In this document: positions 1 through 10,513 of the stretch, piece by piece
Position numbering within the stretch: the first letter of the stretch is position 1
Layout: the number at the start of each line of letters is the position of its first letter
NCBI GenBank assembly: GCA_965541585.1
Contig: CBEUCH010000002.1
Coordinates: forward strand, 136,280-200,279
Source of the DNA: an uncultured bacterium
GTDB taxonomy: Bacteria; Zixibacteria; MSB-5A5; UBA10806
Length of the DNA: 64,000 nucleotides
Direction: 5' to 3'
Notes under the pieces: generated by a model
The model's database searches: none
What the model was told of the DNA's origin: nothing
Seen by the model: only the letters and a program-made list of their open reading frames with translations
Made by a program: the position numbers and the translations under genes

Positions 1-1750
1 CAAGCATATTGTAGGTGTGAAAATACTTTCGGATCTCACTATCGACGTAGCGTGGGAATGTATTGTACTGCTGTATCTTTCCCCTGACAGCAGCGGCTGC
101 GAAATGGTAGATGCCTTCGCCGAAGATGCCCCAGTAGTAACCGGTCATTATGGGGTTGTTCCAACGAGTATGCGTGTCGGGGTCAGATGCTCCGAAAAAT
201 GCCGGCCCGCCTTTATAGCTGGTAGGCGAGGAACCCATCTGGATCCACATCTCTCCGAAACACTGGTTGGAGCCAAAATTGCCTGTTCCGCATACTATGG
301 AGGCCATTACGCCGAGCTTGTTATTGTTCTGGATCTGCCCCAGGTTGCCGGTATTGAAACTGGGAGAATACCATCCCGAAGATCCTGCCCAGCCCCTATA
401 ACTGACAAAACAGGGCCCACTATTGAAATACCCAAGCAAGTAGGGATCGGATTGGCCGGAACTCCAACGGAATGAAGTATCAACGTGCGTGAAACCGTTT
501 TGCAGAAGGAGCTGGCGCACCCAGAGCACGGTAATCCTCGGAGTGGTGGCGATAACATTTCCGGCCACCGAGAGCCCTCTTAGCCAGTGAGCAGGGTCAT
601 CCATATTGGGGGTGGCTTCGTAGTTAAAGATCTTTGCCAGGCCCACCCTCAGCTGGCTCATATTATCAACCGAGTAACGGCTGACAAAGATATCCGGCAA
701 ATAATCGTTGCCGTCCACCATCGAATAGTGATGATCAGACGGGTAACCGCTGTATGGATAATCCTCGATACCGGTGTTATAGGTGTTGTCCTCATCTCCG
801 ACTATCATGACGTATTCGGGCGGCACTTCCCACGTCTCATATGCGTCCTGGATGTAATCGAATACCTCGTATTTGGTGGGATTGTCCCCGTTGGGATCGA
901 TCTCCGACGTCGGAGCTATGTAAACCGAGTATCCCTTTTTATGTTTCCAATCCGCCAGGGCCCGCAGTGTATCTACGAACATGTCTTTGGCCAGTATGAG
1001 ATATCCTCCGCGGCGGACCTCGGTGGTGGAGAATAATTCATCGAAGTTAGCCACCATGGATCTATATATCGGATAGAAACCGTCGGACAGATACTCATGC
1101 CGGGTTGTTTTCGGGTTCACGACGTTATCTCCGGTGAATGAAACCGAAACCGATAGATCGTGATAGACTTTTAGCTGGCGCCTGACGGGATTATATTGCA
1201 CCGGATACATTGATACCTGAACCATTCTCAGATCCCTCATTATCACCGGATCATGTACTTCCGCCAGGTTTCCGGGGTAGAACTCGTCACGGCTGTATGC
1301 GTCCTGATCCATCGTAAAAGGAACAAGTTCCTGTCCGGATTCCAGCTGAGACGGTTGCGTCGGTGCTATATCTACGTCTTCAATGATGTCATAGTCGGAA
1401 TACTCGATACTGAAATCGATCCCGGCCTGATCGGGAATGGCGAGATAGGTGGACAAGACCGGCAGGTCCGGCCTGCCTTCCTCAGCTATCTCCCCCGCGA
1501 ACAGATGATCGGCCTCGGGCAGTTGAACCTGCTGGTAATCAAGGCCGTTTAAGCTTACGGGCGTCATCCCGACGGCAGGTATTTCAAGATCGAGCTTTGC
1601 CTCGATATTATTGCTCTGATCTACACGTAGCCCGGCAGTCTCGTTTGCGATATCTGATACGATCCTGACCGCCTCAGCAGCGTTCACGGGCGCCATTGAC
1701 ACCGCAGATATCAAAATTGTCAGGGTTGCGAATCTTAGCATGTCCTTCAT
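1..1750 (-). CDS. Peptidase C25 (gingipain) family protein, runs off the left edge of the window
   Basis: Not in the ORF track; translated by hand from ATG at 1750 (GGGAGG RBS upstream). Signal peptide MKDMLRFATLTILISAVSMAPVNA, propeptide motif PVQYNP, then WKHKKGY, IVGD, SDHHY...DYLPDIFVSR, VSYRGWAG, ASIVCGTG and YNML at the edge. Paralog of 14731..18426. Confidence 0.9.
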   Translation of the reverse strand, partial: MKDMLRFATLTILISAVSMAPVNAAEAVRIVSDIANETAGLRVDQSNNIEAKLDLEIPAVGMTPVSLNGLDYQQVQLPEADHLFAGEIAEEGRPDLPVLSTYLAIPDQAGIDFSIEYSDYDIIEDVDIAPTQPSQLESGQELVPFTMDQDAYSRDEFYPGNLAEVHDPVIMRDLRMVQVSMYPVQYNPVRRQLKVYHDLSVSVSFTGDNVVNPKTTRHEYLSDGFYPIYRSMVANFDELFSTTEVRRGGYLILAKDMFVDTLRALADWKHKKGYSVYIAPTSEIDPNGDNPTKYEVFDYIQDAYETWEVPPEYVMIVGDEDNTYNTGIEDYPYSGYPSDHHYSMVDGNDYLPDIFVSRYSVDNMSQLRVGLAKIFNYEATPNMDDPAHWLRGLSVAGNVIATTPRITVLWVRQLLLQNGFTHVDTSFRWSSGQSDPYLLGYFNSGPCFVSYRGWAGSSGWYSPSFNTGNLGQIQNNNKLGVMASIVCGTGNFGSNQCFGEMWIQMGSSPTSYKGGPAFFGASDPDTHTRWNNPIMTGYYWGIFGEGIYHFAAAAVRGKIQQYNTFPRYVDSEIRKYFHTYNML

Positions 1751-1783
1751 GAATCCTCCCGAGATTGACTCAACGTAATTCTC

Positions 1784-3145
1784 TTATTGCGAAACCAAAT
1801 TTTCAAAAATCATCAAGCCCTCATCCCGATCACAAAGGAAAACGAAATCGGAATCGGCCCAGACACCCTGAGCGTAAGGAGTATCGTATCTCGCTATGAC
1901 GTGGGCCGAATCGGGCACCGAGGCGTCGATCACCTTCAGCCCGCTGGCGCCGTCCGCTATGTAGGCGTAATCACCGACAATATGGACATCCCGGGCTCGA
2001 CCGGAGGTGTTTATCTGAGTTGCCAGGAGGGGATTATGTCTATCGGTAACGTCCACTACGAAAATCCCCGCCCGGTCGGCGGCGACATAAGCGTAATCCC
2101 CCTCGACCCAGATAGAAAGAGCGCTTCCGGTCAGATCCAGCGAGGAGATCTGCACCGGATTAAGGATATCAGTGTGATCCACGATAATCAATCCCGCCAC
2201 GCCGTCGGCGATATAGGCATATTGGGCGTCCGAAAAGATGCCATTGGCATCGGCAGGCAAATCCATGGAGTGGACTTGAGTAATGTTGGTGGGGAACGGG
2301 TCATATATGATTCGATAATAGCTGTAGTTTGCCGGAGAAACCCCTCTGGAGCGGGCCGCAAATACATACAGGGTGTCCGATATATATGTGGCGTGGATAT
2401 CTTCGATATTCTGCTGGGCGAAAGAGGCGTATTCCGGGAAAATGGTATCTCCGATATTGAATACCTGAACATGGGCATCCATGTCCGCCACGAAAACGAA
2501 TGGGAACGTATCGGCGGGAGCAACGTAGACTCCTTTGGCGAAATCATCTGCGATGGTGTCAATATTCCTGATCATAAAAGGGCTATTCTTATCCGCTACA
2601 TCAATAATTGTAAGATCTGCCTGACCGTCGGCGATGTATGCCGTATCTCCCCGGACGAAAACATCCTGGGCTGTGCCGACGGTATTGATGCTCGATATAA
2701 GTTCTATATAGTTTACATAGTCGCTCTTGAAGAATGTCCGGATTTCGGCGTCCGACCAATCGCCCCAAATATCATCTCCGTTTTCCCCTCTGACCCGCCA
2801 GAAATAGCTGTCGTTGGCCAGTTCCGATAGGGTGGTATACGTGGTGTCGGTCGTCTGAATATCTATGGTCTTGCTGATAAAATTATCGGAGGGTGAAACC
2901 TGAAGCTGGTAGCGGACAGCCACATCGCCGGGACTCCAGAAGAAAGTTACATTTCCCTCGGTGACAAAAGCGTCAACAGCCGGCGATACCAAGTCAACGG
3001 GGGGCGGAATCTCAAGATAACGAATGATCACCTTCTCCTCGCCGCACCCGACAGTCATGATAAAAAAGACCATCAGGAACAGGACGGATCGATTGCGAAA
3101 GACCCTTGTCAAATCCATGCTTATCAGTTCATTACAGGGTCTCAT
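1784..3145 (-). CDS. Putative lipoprotein with Fn3/Ig-like domain and LVIVD-repeat beta-propeller
   Basis: Hydrophobic segment ending in MTVG-C lipobox, YFWRVRGEN..WGDWS Fn3-like motif, and repeated GDYAYIADG.SGL.VID units. Confidence 0.8.
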   Translation of the reverse strand: MRPCNELISMDLTRVFRNRSVLFLMVFFIMTVGCGEEKVIIRYLEIPPPVDLVSPAVDAFVTEGNVTFFWSPGDVAVRYQLQVSPSDNFISKTIDIQTTDTTYTTLSELANDSYFWRVRGENGDDIWGDWSDAEIRTFFKSDYVNYIELISSINTVGTAQDVFVRGDTAYIADGQADLTIIDVADKNSPFMIRNIDTIADDFAKGVYVAPADTFPFVFVADMDAHVQVFNIGDTIFPEYASFAQQNIEDIHATYISDTLYVFAARSRGVSPANYSYYRIIYDPFPTNITQVHSMDLPADANGIFSDAQYAYIADGVAGLIIVDHTDILNPVQISSLDLTGSALSIWVEGDYAYVAADRAGIFVVDVTDRHNPLLATQINTSGRARDVHIVGDYAYIADGASGLKVIDASVPDSAHVIARYDTPYAQGVWADSDFVFLCDRDEGLMIFENLVSQ

Positions 3146-3518
3146 ACTCCCTTCCGGAAAACCGGGCAGATTCCCTCATATACACTAAAGCAACATTCCT
3201 CGGGAATAACCACACTGCGAATATCCCGAGGAAATATTGCAGCTTCACCTAAATATAGATGTTGCCCTGTTATTGTCAAGTGCGAAGCATCGCGTTCAAT
3301 GAATAATATCGCAGCATCATGGTTACAACATGATATGGAGGGTAGAATGTTCCAGAAATAGGATCGGAAGGATTTTTATTTGAGCACAGGTATCCTGTTA
3401 ACCGGCCGGGGGAGATTTCCCCGGTCGCAGCAGGGGCATCGTCAATTCTCGAAATCAAGAGATCGCAAAAGCATTCGGATTGAAGCCGGCGACCTCTTTT
3501 GCCCTGACCCGGGCAGGT

Positions 3519-3929
3519 TTAACTCACCGATGATTTTTGAAGCGATTCTACAGTTTGCTTTATGAGGTTCAATCTCTTTTCCCATTCGAGGGAGACACGG
3601 GGCACCTCTTTGCGGGCCTCTTCCTGATCCACTATTTCCCATCCACTGATGGTTACCTTTAGAATCGTGCGTTTTCCCCTTGGTACGAGATCGCAATTCG
3701 TTGTTATGGATACCGCCCTGGATTCTCCGCTGAGGGAGAGATGCCTGGGCGGCTTGATGTTTTTGACTCTCAGCGTCTCCTTTGATCCGGAAAACTTCAC
3801 AAGGCCCCCCTTCTTAAAGCCGGCCCTGATTTTTGAATCCCAGATGCACCCCGATTTCCCCACGTCAGTAAGGCAAGACCAGACATCTTCCAGGCTTGCC
3901 TTGATGGCTACTTCTTTATTGATTTCCAT
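3519..3929 (-). CDS. SRPBCC/AHSA1-like domain protein
   Basis: I.ASLEDVWSCLTD start, T.LKVTISGW, and C-terminal helix W..RL..IK; GGAG RBS upstream. Confidence 0.75.
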   Translation of the reverse strand: MEINKEVAIKASLEDVWSCLTDVGKSGCIWDSKIRAGFKKGGLVKFSGSKETLRVKNIKPPRHLSLSGESRAVSITTNCDLVPRGKRTILKVTISGWEIVDQEEARKEVPRVSLEWEKRLNLIKQTVESLQKSSVS

Positions 3930-4299
3930 TATACGCTCCTCTTTGCTCCGCCGGTTTTCCCATAGTCTTCTGATATTACTGGCAATGTTCCGACGTCATG
4001 ATGTAATTCGGCAGATTTATGCCGCCCTGTATATGGTTCAGATCGCATCTTTTGAGTTTCATTTAGTGTGTTCTCACTGTAATCTATGACCTGCAGGCAA
4101 GTTCGATTCTGCTATGAAAAATACGGTTTCAGATAGCTACCTTTTGGCGGTTATTTTGATCAAAAGATAATCATACCGTTTTAGGTCGAGAATTTTTCAG
4201 AAGGAAACCCTGGTGAAAAAACGATGCAATTGAGAACAGGTTTCAACCGGCTTTTCCAGTTCTATTTTCCAGCCTCGTGACTGCCGGCCGGATTATTCC

Positions 4300-4328
4300 T
4301 TGACGGCGTTGCAGCGCGGTGATATGAA
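4300..4328 (+). promoter_or_regulatory. sigma70-type promoter for the DUF6519 gene
   Basis: TTGACG-N17-TATGAA with an extended -10 TG. Confidence 0.5.
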
Positions 4329-4415
4329 CAAAATGCGAATGCGGCGAGAGAGATCTCTGGATCCCTGGCGGCGCCGGCCGCTCTCCGCAAGCATTCTGAG
4401 CCGTAAGGAGACCCC

Positions 4416-5750
4416 GTGAAAGGCGATTTTTCGAGCTTCAATTTCAAGCCCGGCAGCAATTATCTATCGGTATTAAAGCAACAGGGGCGTGTTGATCTCG
4501 ATTCGGACTGGAATGAACAAGCCGAGATCTTAAATGAGAAACATAGACAGTTTATTTGCGATATTCTGGGATATCTGGCCGTGCCGCTTTGTCCCAACAA
4601 GATTACCCGGGATAACTCAGGTGCGCTCAGAATAGATAAGTTCAGCAGAGGCCCCGGCGGGATTATCGATTTTTTCATTGGGCGCGGTATCGCTTATATC
4701 GGGGGCTATCCATGCTTATTTGAAAATGATATGATGTTCAGAGCCCAGCCCGATTATCCCGAACCTGAGATTCCGGACGGAGCCGGTGATATACTGGTCT
4801 ACGTGGAAGCCTGGAACAAGACAATCAGCTATATAGACGATGAGACCATCCGGGAATCGGCTCTCGGGGGGCCGGATACCTGCCTCAGAAAGAAACTTTT
4901 GGCGCAGGTGAAATTCAAGTATGTGTCAGATGATATCGATACGCCCGGGCGGGCCTATAAGTATATTAATGACTCTTTTTCCGGGAACGATTTACTTCTT
5001 ACGCTGAAAATTGAAGAGACTGCCCATCAGATTCCAATAGGCTTCGGAGAGGTCGACCCGGGAGGAGGGCTTATACCGGGTAATCTGCATTTTCGGGTTG
5101 AGCTTCACCGGGGAGCCGAATCCAACGGCGGCTACAGCGAGGGATTTAAATGGTCCGATGAGAACGCCGCCACGGTGGTGAGAGTGTTGAAGGTGGCAGG
5201 TAACGACTCGTTGATCGTTGAGGAGGTGGAGGCCGTAACGGGTGAATCCCTGAAAAACGGGGATTGGGTTGAGATCTCGAATCTTATTACCGAGTATCAC
5301 CGGGAGGGTGGCCAGATGGCCAGAATAGAGGCTATAACGCACGATGAAACAGGTCTTCAGGTAACCCTCGATTCCGAGATTCACCCGTTATTGAGGAGAT
5401 CTCAGGTTGGCGGTAAATCGAAGTCTGAGTATTTCCTTGCCCCGAGACTGCGCCGGTGGTCAGGATATATTTCACCTGTATCTGCGAAAACGATTCACGA
5501 CCTGGGACGAGGAATCAAGGCAAAGTTCCACGACGAAAGCAAAAAAGAGATTTTTCGTCCGGGAGACTACTGGACATTCGCAATACGAGACAGGGCCTAT
5601 AACAAGCGGTTCGCTCCCAAGAAGGCGCCTGCGGACGGCATCGAGGTTTATCGTCACCCGCTGGCCATAATCAAATTCAAAGGCAAAAAGCAAATATCGA
5701 GGATCATAGACTGCCGGCGGTTCTTCAAACCGATAGCAGATTTTGATTAG
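4416..5750 (+). CDS. DUF6519-family protein (phage-tail/eCIS-associated N-terminal domain)
   Basis: MKGDFS...VLKQQGRVDLDSDWNE, ALGGPDT, FKWSDENA and FRPGDYWTFAIR...HPLAII..DCRRFF motifs. GTG start with AAGGAG RBS. Confidence 0.8.
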   Translation: MKGDFSSFNFKPGSNYLSVLKQQGRVDLDSDWNEQAEILNEKHRQFICDILGYLAVPLCPNKITRDNSGALRIDKFSRGPGGIIDFFIGRGIAYIGGYPCLFENDMMFRAQPDYPEPEIPDGAGDILVYVEAWNKTISYIDDETIRESALGGPDTCLRKKLLAQVKFKYVSDDIDTPGRAYKYINDSFSGNDLLLTLKIEETAHQIPIGFGEVDPGGGLIPGNLHFRVELHRGAESNGGYSEGFKWSDENAATVVRVLKVAGNDSLIVEEVEAVTGESLKNGDWVEISNLITEYHREGGQMARIEAITHDETGLQVTLDSEIHPLLRRSQVGGKSKSEYFLAPRLRRWSGYISPVSAKTIHDLGRGIKAKFHDESKKEIFRPGDYWTFAIRDRAYNKRFAPKKAPADGIEVYRHPLAIIKFKGKKQISRIIDCRRFFKPIADFD

Positions 5751-5835
5751 ATAAGTTTTCTAATATCAGCGCTTTCCGGATCTTGATCCTATGTTCAGTT
5801 TCGATTAGAGACTTACTTTAGATATCAACGCACTA

Positions 5836-8808
5836 TTAATCCGCTGTGGACTCCCGGCTAATCCCGGTTCTGGGATTTAATGAAGGGATTACAAGCAGCC
5901 CGTCCTCTCCCGGTGCTATCAAGCCGCCCTGCCCGGGGCAATCGGGACATCCGCTACCCGGCACAATTAAACCTCTGTATAAACCGATCTCGGTAACCAC
6001 GTCGCCGAGCTCATTGGGTACGCAGCTGCCGTTCGGGTCGGCATCAGGAGTGAAATCCTCGCCGTGGGACGGACAGTGGCACTCGTAAGTCGCTGTGATC
6101 GTGCCTCTGTACATACCGATCATGGCGATAGCGTCGCCCAGCTCCAGCGGGACGCCGTTGTGGTCGCAATCGCCCACGAGATATTGGCAACTCGAAAATT
6201 CGCCGCACGGCGGTGCCAGATTATCGCAGAGGGTGCTGGCGGCGAACCTGGTGCCGTCGCAGTCCAGAATGTGGACGTCATCCTCGCAATCACCGCTGGC
6301 GTCGTCGCAGCAGGCGCCGGCAGGGCCGACGACCTGGCAATCTACGATATCGATCTGGCCGATATAGGCTGCGCGGGCGATCATGTCCTCCTCGTTTGCG
6401 GCGCCGATGATTGCGATTTCAATGCTTACCGACTCCCCGTCATTGAGCGTATAGGGGCCGGTGCTCAAAAGCGATGACATATCATCATACCAATCATCTG
6501 CCACACGGTCGCCATCGTAGCTCATGAGGGTGTAAAGATCCTCCATGAGCCAACCACCGACCGGTGGGTAGATGTAATCCTCCTGGCTGACGGCAGTCAT
6601 GGAACGCAGGTTGACCTCATCGTCGTTAATCAGGCAAAGCCCCATAATATAAGAGAAGTCCGTAGCTCCCTGATACATGAGCTTATTTCCTCGGTCAAAT
6701 ACAACTGTGTCGAAAGAAGGATAGACAACGTCCCAATCGAAGTAGACACCGGCGTAGTAGTCGCTGATTGTCGCGCCGGAATTATTGGTGATGGTGAAAA
6801 TATGGATGAAGATATCGCCGGCCTGCACTACATCGGGGGGCTGGAATCCGATACCACAGTAATTGATATCAACACCACCCATAACGCCTTCATCGTCATA
6901 GGCGCACGTCGGGTGGAAGGGATCCAATAGATTCAGGCTCTCAGTTCCCCTGTAGCGATAGCAATCGGTGGGAGTAGCGCCTGTCTGATTGTAATGAGAA
7001 AACATCCTCGCAGGACCATCTCCCATTACGAAGGTAGCGCCATGATTTGCCGGATCGATGCCGTAGCTATAATTATCATCCTGGTAATCGGGGTCGCCGA
7101 GCGGTCCGTAATTGCTGACCGCACAGTCCGGTATGTTGCCGGTCTCGGCCAGCCCCCGAGGTGTCATGGCTTCCTCGATCCTCAGATCGAAACTGGAAAT
7201 ACAATCAGGAGAGGGATAGCTATCGATCATTATCCAGTAAGTGCCGGGCTGCAGGGTCAAATCTTCTAAACCGTGGGGAGCAGCTACGTTTGATGTCGAT
7301 GAGGCAATACATTCGTTCGAATCGGGCGGGCAAAAATCGTCTACCAGGATTCCTGTAAACGCATCGTCATGTGGGTCGAGAGTGATATCGAGCGTTATGA
7401 CCTCAGAAACCGTAAACTCATAGACGATATCCTCGCCGCCGTCATAGTCGTCAAGACAGGTATCGTCTTGGTCGTTTCCCGCGCCGCACGTCGTCCGACC
7501 TATATCGGAAAATGGCAATTGCGAGTTTATGTCGCCGATAACCACGTCCGGGTTGCATGGGGGCGTCGGCGTACATTCGACCCACATAGTATAATCGTTA
7601 CCCAGAACACCGTTTCCATCACATGCCAGATCCTCGGACCAGTCACTCGGCGCGATCCTTATCCAGTATATTCCGGGAAGCGCTTGCTCCAGTATCCGCG
7701 CCGTTTGGCAGCGGCCGACGATCCGGGAGGTATACTGATAATCCTCGCAATCTTCGTTGCCCACGTCGTCGATGAATAGAAGCTGGAGCGGGAATTCGGC
7801 AATACCTCCAATTTCCAGATCAGATGGTGCAGTCACCTCGAACCTGTACCAGTCGATGTCGCGGTAAAGCCGATCCTCGCCCGGATTATCCGGATCTTCG
7901 CCCAGGAAAACGCCGCTCTTGCCGCATATTGTGTCGCCACATGCAATTTCCGTCCAGATCGGTTCCAGCGGCGGAACGGCATTACATCCGATGTTGAACT
8001 GATCGATATAATTATAGTGGCAATCCGGTTCGGCCTCGGGAATGCCGTTATCGGGGCAGGTAAGTTCGCATAACTGATCGGTGATCACAACGTCATCGAA
8101 AGAACAGGCATAACCCCATTCGGCGTAATAATGCATCGTCAGGGTATGTATATTGCCATCGGCGTAGTCGTCCAGTATCACCGAACGAATTCCCATAAAT
8201 GGAATATTATCAGGCGCCTGGACGAGATCGGCCTGTTCGCCATCGATAAGGACCTCGAAGTAATCCACGGAAGGGACATAAGCCCTGAAATACAACCAGT
8301 AGCTCAGAGTTAGCTGGCTGCCAACAGGAGTTGAAAAGTCGACGGAAATTTCCTCATCTGTGGTCGATCCGAAGCCACCGCCGTAGGAATCTGAACCGAC
8401 CATATAGCCGCCGCCCTGGTTCTCGATGTGACCCCAGGCGTAGTCCCAGGGATCCGGGCGAATTACCCAGTCCTCGGCGCCGCTGCCATCGCCATTGCTG
8501 ACAGCGGTCCAGGCCGGGTCGTTTGTGAAATCGCCGTCCTCGAAATCATCGTAAAGCCAGTCAGTCAGGAAAAGGGGACGTTGCCCCGGTAAGAGGATAG
8601 AGGAATCGAAGAACCGTTCGGTCTTTATAGGGCTTTGCCGCACAGTGCCCCGGTTACTTGCTTGAGGCTTAACTGCGGTGGTCGGCAAACGAAGAATGCC
8701 CGTTCTCGCTGGTTCGGCCAGGGCCGAAACCGTCTTGCCTTCAGCAGCAAGAACGGCCTGCCAGGCGAACAAAGCGAGGGCGAGAGACGAAGTAAATCTT
8801 ATCTTCAT
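5836..8808 (-). CDS. Large acidic secreted multidomain protein with Cys-rich GACC module and dockerin-like C-terminus
   Basis: Signal peptide MKIRFTSSLALALFAWQAVLA, PPC-like modules (DIDWYRF, GEDIVYEF, PGTYWIMID), GACC...C module, and paired GDCDHNG / ADPNGSC EF-hand-like repeats. The start could instead be GTG at 8823. Confidence 0.75.
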   Translation of the reverse strand: MKIRFTSSLALALFAWQAVLAAEGKTVSALAEPARTGILRLPTTAVKPQASNRGTVRQSPIKTERFFDSSILLPGQRPLFLTDWLYDDFEDGDFTNDPAWTAVSNGDGSGAEDWVIRPDPWDYAWGHIENQGGGYMVGSDSYGGGFGSTTDEEISVDFSTPVGSQLTLSYWLYFRAYVPSVDYFEVLIDGEQADLVQAPDNIPFMGIRSVILDDYADGNIHTLTMHYYAEWGYACSFDDVVITDQLCELTCPDNGIPEAEPDCHYNYIDQFNIGCNAVPPLEPIWTEIACGDTICGKSGVFLGEDPDNPGEDRLYRDIDWYRFEVTAPSDLEIGGIAEFPLQLLFIDDVGNEDCEDYQYTSRIVGRCQTARILEQALPGIYWIRIAPSDWSEDLACDGNGVLGNDYTMWVECTPTPPCNPDVVIGDINSQLPFSDIGRTTCGAGNDQDDTCLDDYDGGEDIVYEFTVSEVITLDITLDPHDDAFTGILVDDFCPPDSNECIASSTSNVAAPHGLEDLTLQPGTYWIMIDSYPSPDCISSFDLRIEEAMTPRGLAETGNIPDCAVSNYGPLGDPDYQDDNYSYGIDPANHGATFVMGDGPARMFSHYNQTGATPTDCYRYRGTESLNLLDPFHPTCAYDDEGVMGGVDINYCGIGFQPPDVVQAGDIFIHIFTITNNSGATISDYYAGVYFDWDVVYPSFDTVVFDRGNKLMYQGATDFSYIMGLCLINDDEVNLRSMTAVSQEDYIYPPVGGWLMEDLYTLMSYDGDRVADDWYDDMSSLLSTGPYTLNDGESVSIEIAIIGAANEEDMIARAAYIGQIDIVDCQVVGPAGACCDDASGDCEDDVHILDCDGTRFAASTLCDNLAPPCGEFSSCQYLVGDCDHNGVPLELGDAIAMIGMYRGTITATYECHCPSHGEDFTPDADPNGSCVPNELGDVVTEIGLYRGLIVPGSGCPDCPGQGGLIAPGEDGLLVIPSLNPRTGISRESTAD

Positions 8809-9059
8809 ATCAATCTCGGCCACGATAGTTAAGGGAGTGACAAGACGCTTCTCACTGTCAAGCTTTTTTTAAGCCCGGGAGTTCAGGAATAGTCACCATT
8901 GATACTTGAGCTCTCTTAGTCTTCAAACTTCATTTTGCTTTATCAAAGGGGCGAGATATTTATAATTCTTGTTGTGAAATCTGCATGACTTATATAAATT
9001 GTCGAAAATAAAGGCGTGGTTTTCAGCCCCTGGCGGGTCAATCGTCAGCAATTCGGAGG

Positions 9060-9584
9060 ATGCTATTGAAGCTTAAGATCAAATCACCGGTACTGAAGTC
9101 TCTTGCAAAACTTTACATAGCCTTCGGCGCGATTCTGGTTTTTTTTATTGTCATCTTTAACACCCAGATCTTTTACTTGAATGTCAACGTCCCTTTTACA
9201 TCATTCATCGTTCTTTCATCCAGCTTTTTGATAAATCTGTTCGGAGGAACCTCGTTCGTTGACGGCACTCATCTGTCCACCGCGCAGTTCGGCATCAATG
9301 TCGTCGACGGCTGCAACGGGATCTATGCCACGGCCATACTACTGTCGGGCGTTATCGCGTATCCCGCCAGGCTGACCCATAAGATGCTGGGTGTGCTTGT
9401 TGGAATTGTCGCCATTTTCGTTCTCAACCTGGTGCGGGTGATAAGCCTTCTATATCTCGGGCAGTATTTCCCCGATATATTTAAAGAAATTCACGTTTTT
9501 ATCTGGCAGCCTATCATAATCCTGTGGGCGATCTATATCTGGTATTTGTGGTGGCACAAGATTGAAGGCAAAGAAGCCAAATAA
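9060..9584 (+). CDS. xrtH: Exosortase H (IPTLxxWG-CTERM-specific exosortase/archaeosortase family)
   Basis: Multi-TM protein with catalytic Cys (VVDGCNG), Arg (LNLVRVISL) and His (EIHVFIWQ). An IPTL-CTERM substrate is encoded ~1 kb away. Confidence 0.85.
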   Translation: MLLKLKIKSPVLKSLAKLYIAFGAILVFFIVIFNTQIFYLNVNVPFTSFIVLSSSFLINLFGGTSFVDGTHLSTAQFGINVVDGCNGIYATAILLSGVIAYPARLTHKMLGVLVGIVAIFVLNLVRVISLLYLGQYFPDIFKEIHVFIWQPIIILWAIYIWYLWWHKIEGKEAK

Positions 9585-10152
9585 ATGGTTTTTTCTTCTC
9601 AGGTTTTTGATCGCCTTTGCGATCATTTACCTGCTGTGGAATTTCTCGGCTCCCCTCGCGAATAGAGTGTTTACATTTTTCGGCGGAAATATCCTGATGC
9701 TGTTTGACGGCGCAAACTATACCAGGGCAGTTGAGCCCGACGGTGAATTCATTGTTGTTGTCTTCGGGGCCGGCAAAAATGTTGAAACGCTCAATCTTGA
9801 GTACAAGGGATTCACATTCAACACCGTATTATTGCTGGCGCTGATTCTGGCGGTGCCGGATGTGAATTATAAACTCCGCCTGAAGATATTGATTCTTGGT
9901 ATGGTAGTGCTATACCCGATACAGATTATCAGGCTGGTCATTTTCATTTTCAACTACTATTGCCAGAATATGGGGCGACGAGGCGGGGGTACCTTATACC
10001 CTCAGTTTACGCATAATGCGATCGGCTATGTCGATAAAACGCTGATAAGGATTGATGGCCAGATAATACCGGTATTCATATGGGCTGGATTATTTTATTA
10101 TTACAAGTGGCATAACGTATTTACCAAAATGATGAAAAAGAGATCCGCCTGA
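9562..10152 (+). CDS. Exosortase H-associated membrane protein (exosortase-like, lacks catalytic Cys)
   Basis: TTG start overlapping the xrtH end. Same TM pattern (LLLALILAVP...RLKILILG...IIRL) but YKGFTFN where XrtH has DGCNG. Confidence 0.7.
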   Translation: MKAKKPNKWFFLLRFLIAFAIIYLLWNFSAPLANRVFTFFGGNILMLFDGANYTRAVEPDGEFIVVVFGAGKNVETLNLEYKGFTFNTVLLLALILAVPDVNYKLRLKILILGMVVLYPIQIIRLVIFIFNYYCQNMGRRGGGTLYPQFTHNAIGYVDKTLIRIDGQIIPVFIWAGLFYYYKWHNVFTKMMKKRSA

Positions 10153-10202
10153 ATTCCGGAGCGGAATAAAATTTACACTAATAAAAAAGCTGTTATAAAA
10201 GC

Positions 10203-10300
10203 AAAGGGGCGCACTGCGCATCCATATTAGATTTCGCAATACGCCCCCGCTCCTTTTTAAAATGCCGGAGGCGTCAGGCTTTAGAACCTGACGCCCCTCC
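10203..10300. terminator. Two hairpins between converging operons (likely terminators)
   Basis: GGGGCG...CGCCCC followed by a T-run, and GGCGTCAGG-ctttagaa-CCTGACGCC. Confidence 0.5.
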
Positions 10301-10303
10301 AGA

Positions 10304-10513
10304 TTACTCTTCCTCCTTTGACCGTCTACCGTAGTAGATCCAGAGATGAACGATGTAGGCGATGATAATCATACTGATCAAAGTGCCCGCAAGATCCATA
10401 GTGGTAATTGAACCGGCTATCAGAACAACGCCGGTTATACCGGCGATAGCAACTACAAAAGCCACAGCCAGGACCCTGAAGAACACCGAGGGTATGAAAA
10501 TCGGTTCGCCCAT
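10304..10513 (-). CDS. Small two-TM membrane protein coupled to the IPTL-CTERM gene
   Basis: 69 aa, two hydrophobic helices and a basic/acidic tail. The start overlaps the upstream stop (TGATG). Confidence 0.7.
   Translation of the reverse strand: MGEPIFIPSVFFRVLAVAFVVAIAGITGVVLIAGSITTMDLAGTLISMIIIAYIVHLWIYYGRRSKEEE

Noticed and set aside
17-2830. Plus-strand ORFs 17..475, 587..1036, 1253..1552 and 1787..2830
   Set aside because: Antisense shadows of the minus-strand C25 and LVIVD genes, with no motifs of their own.
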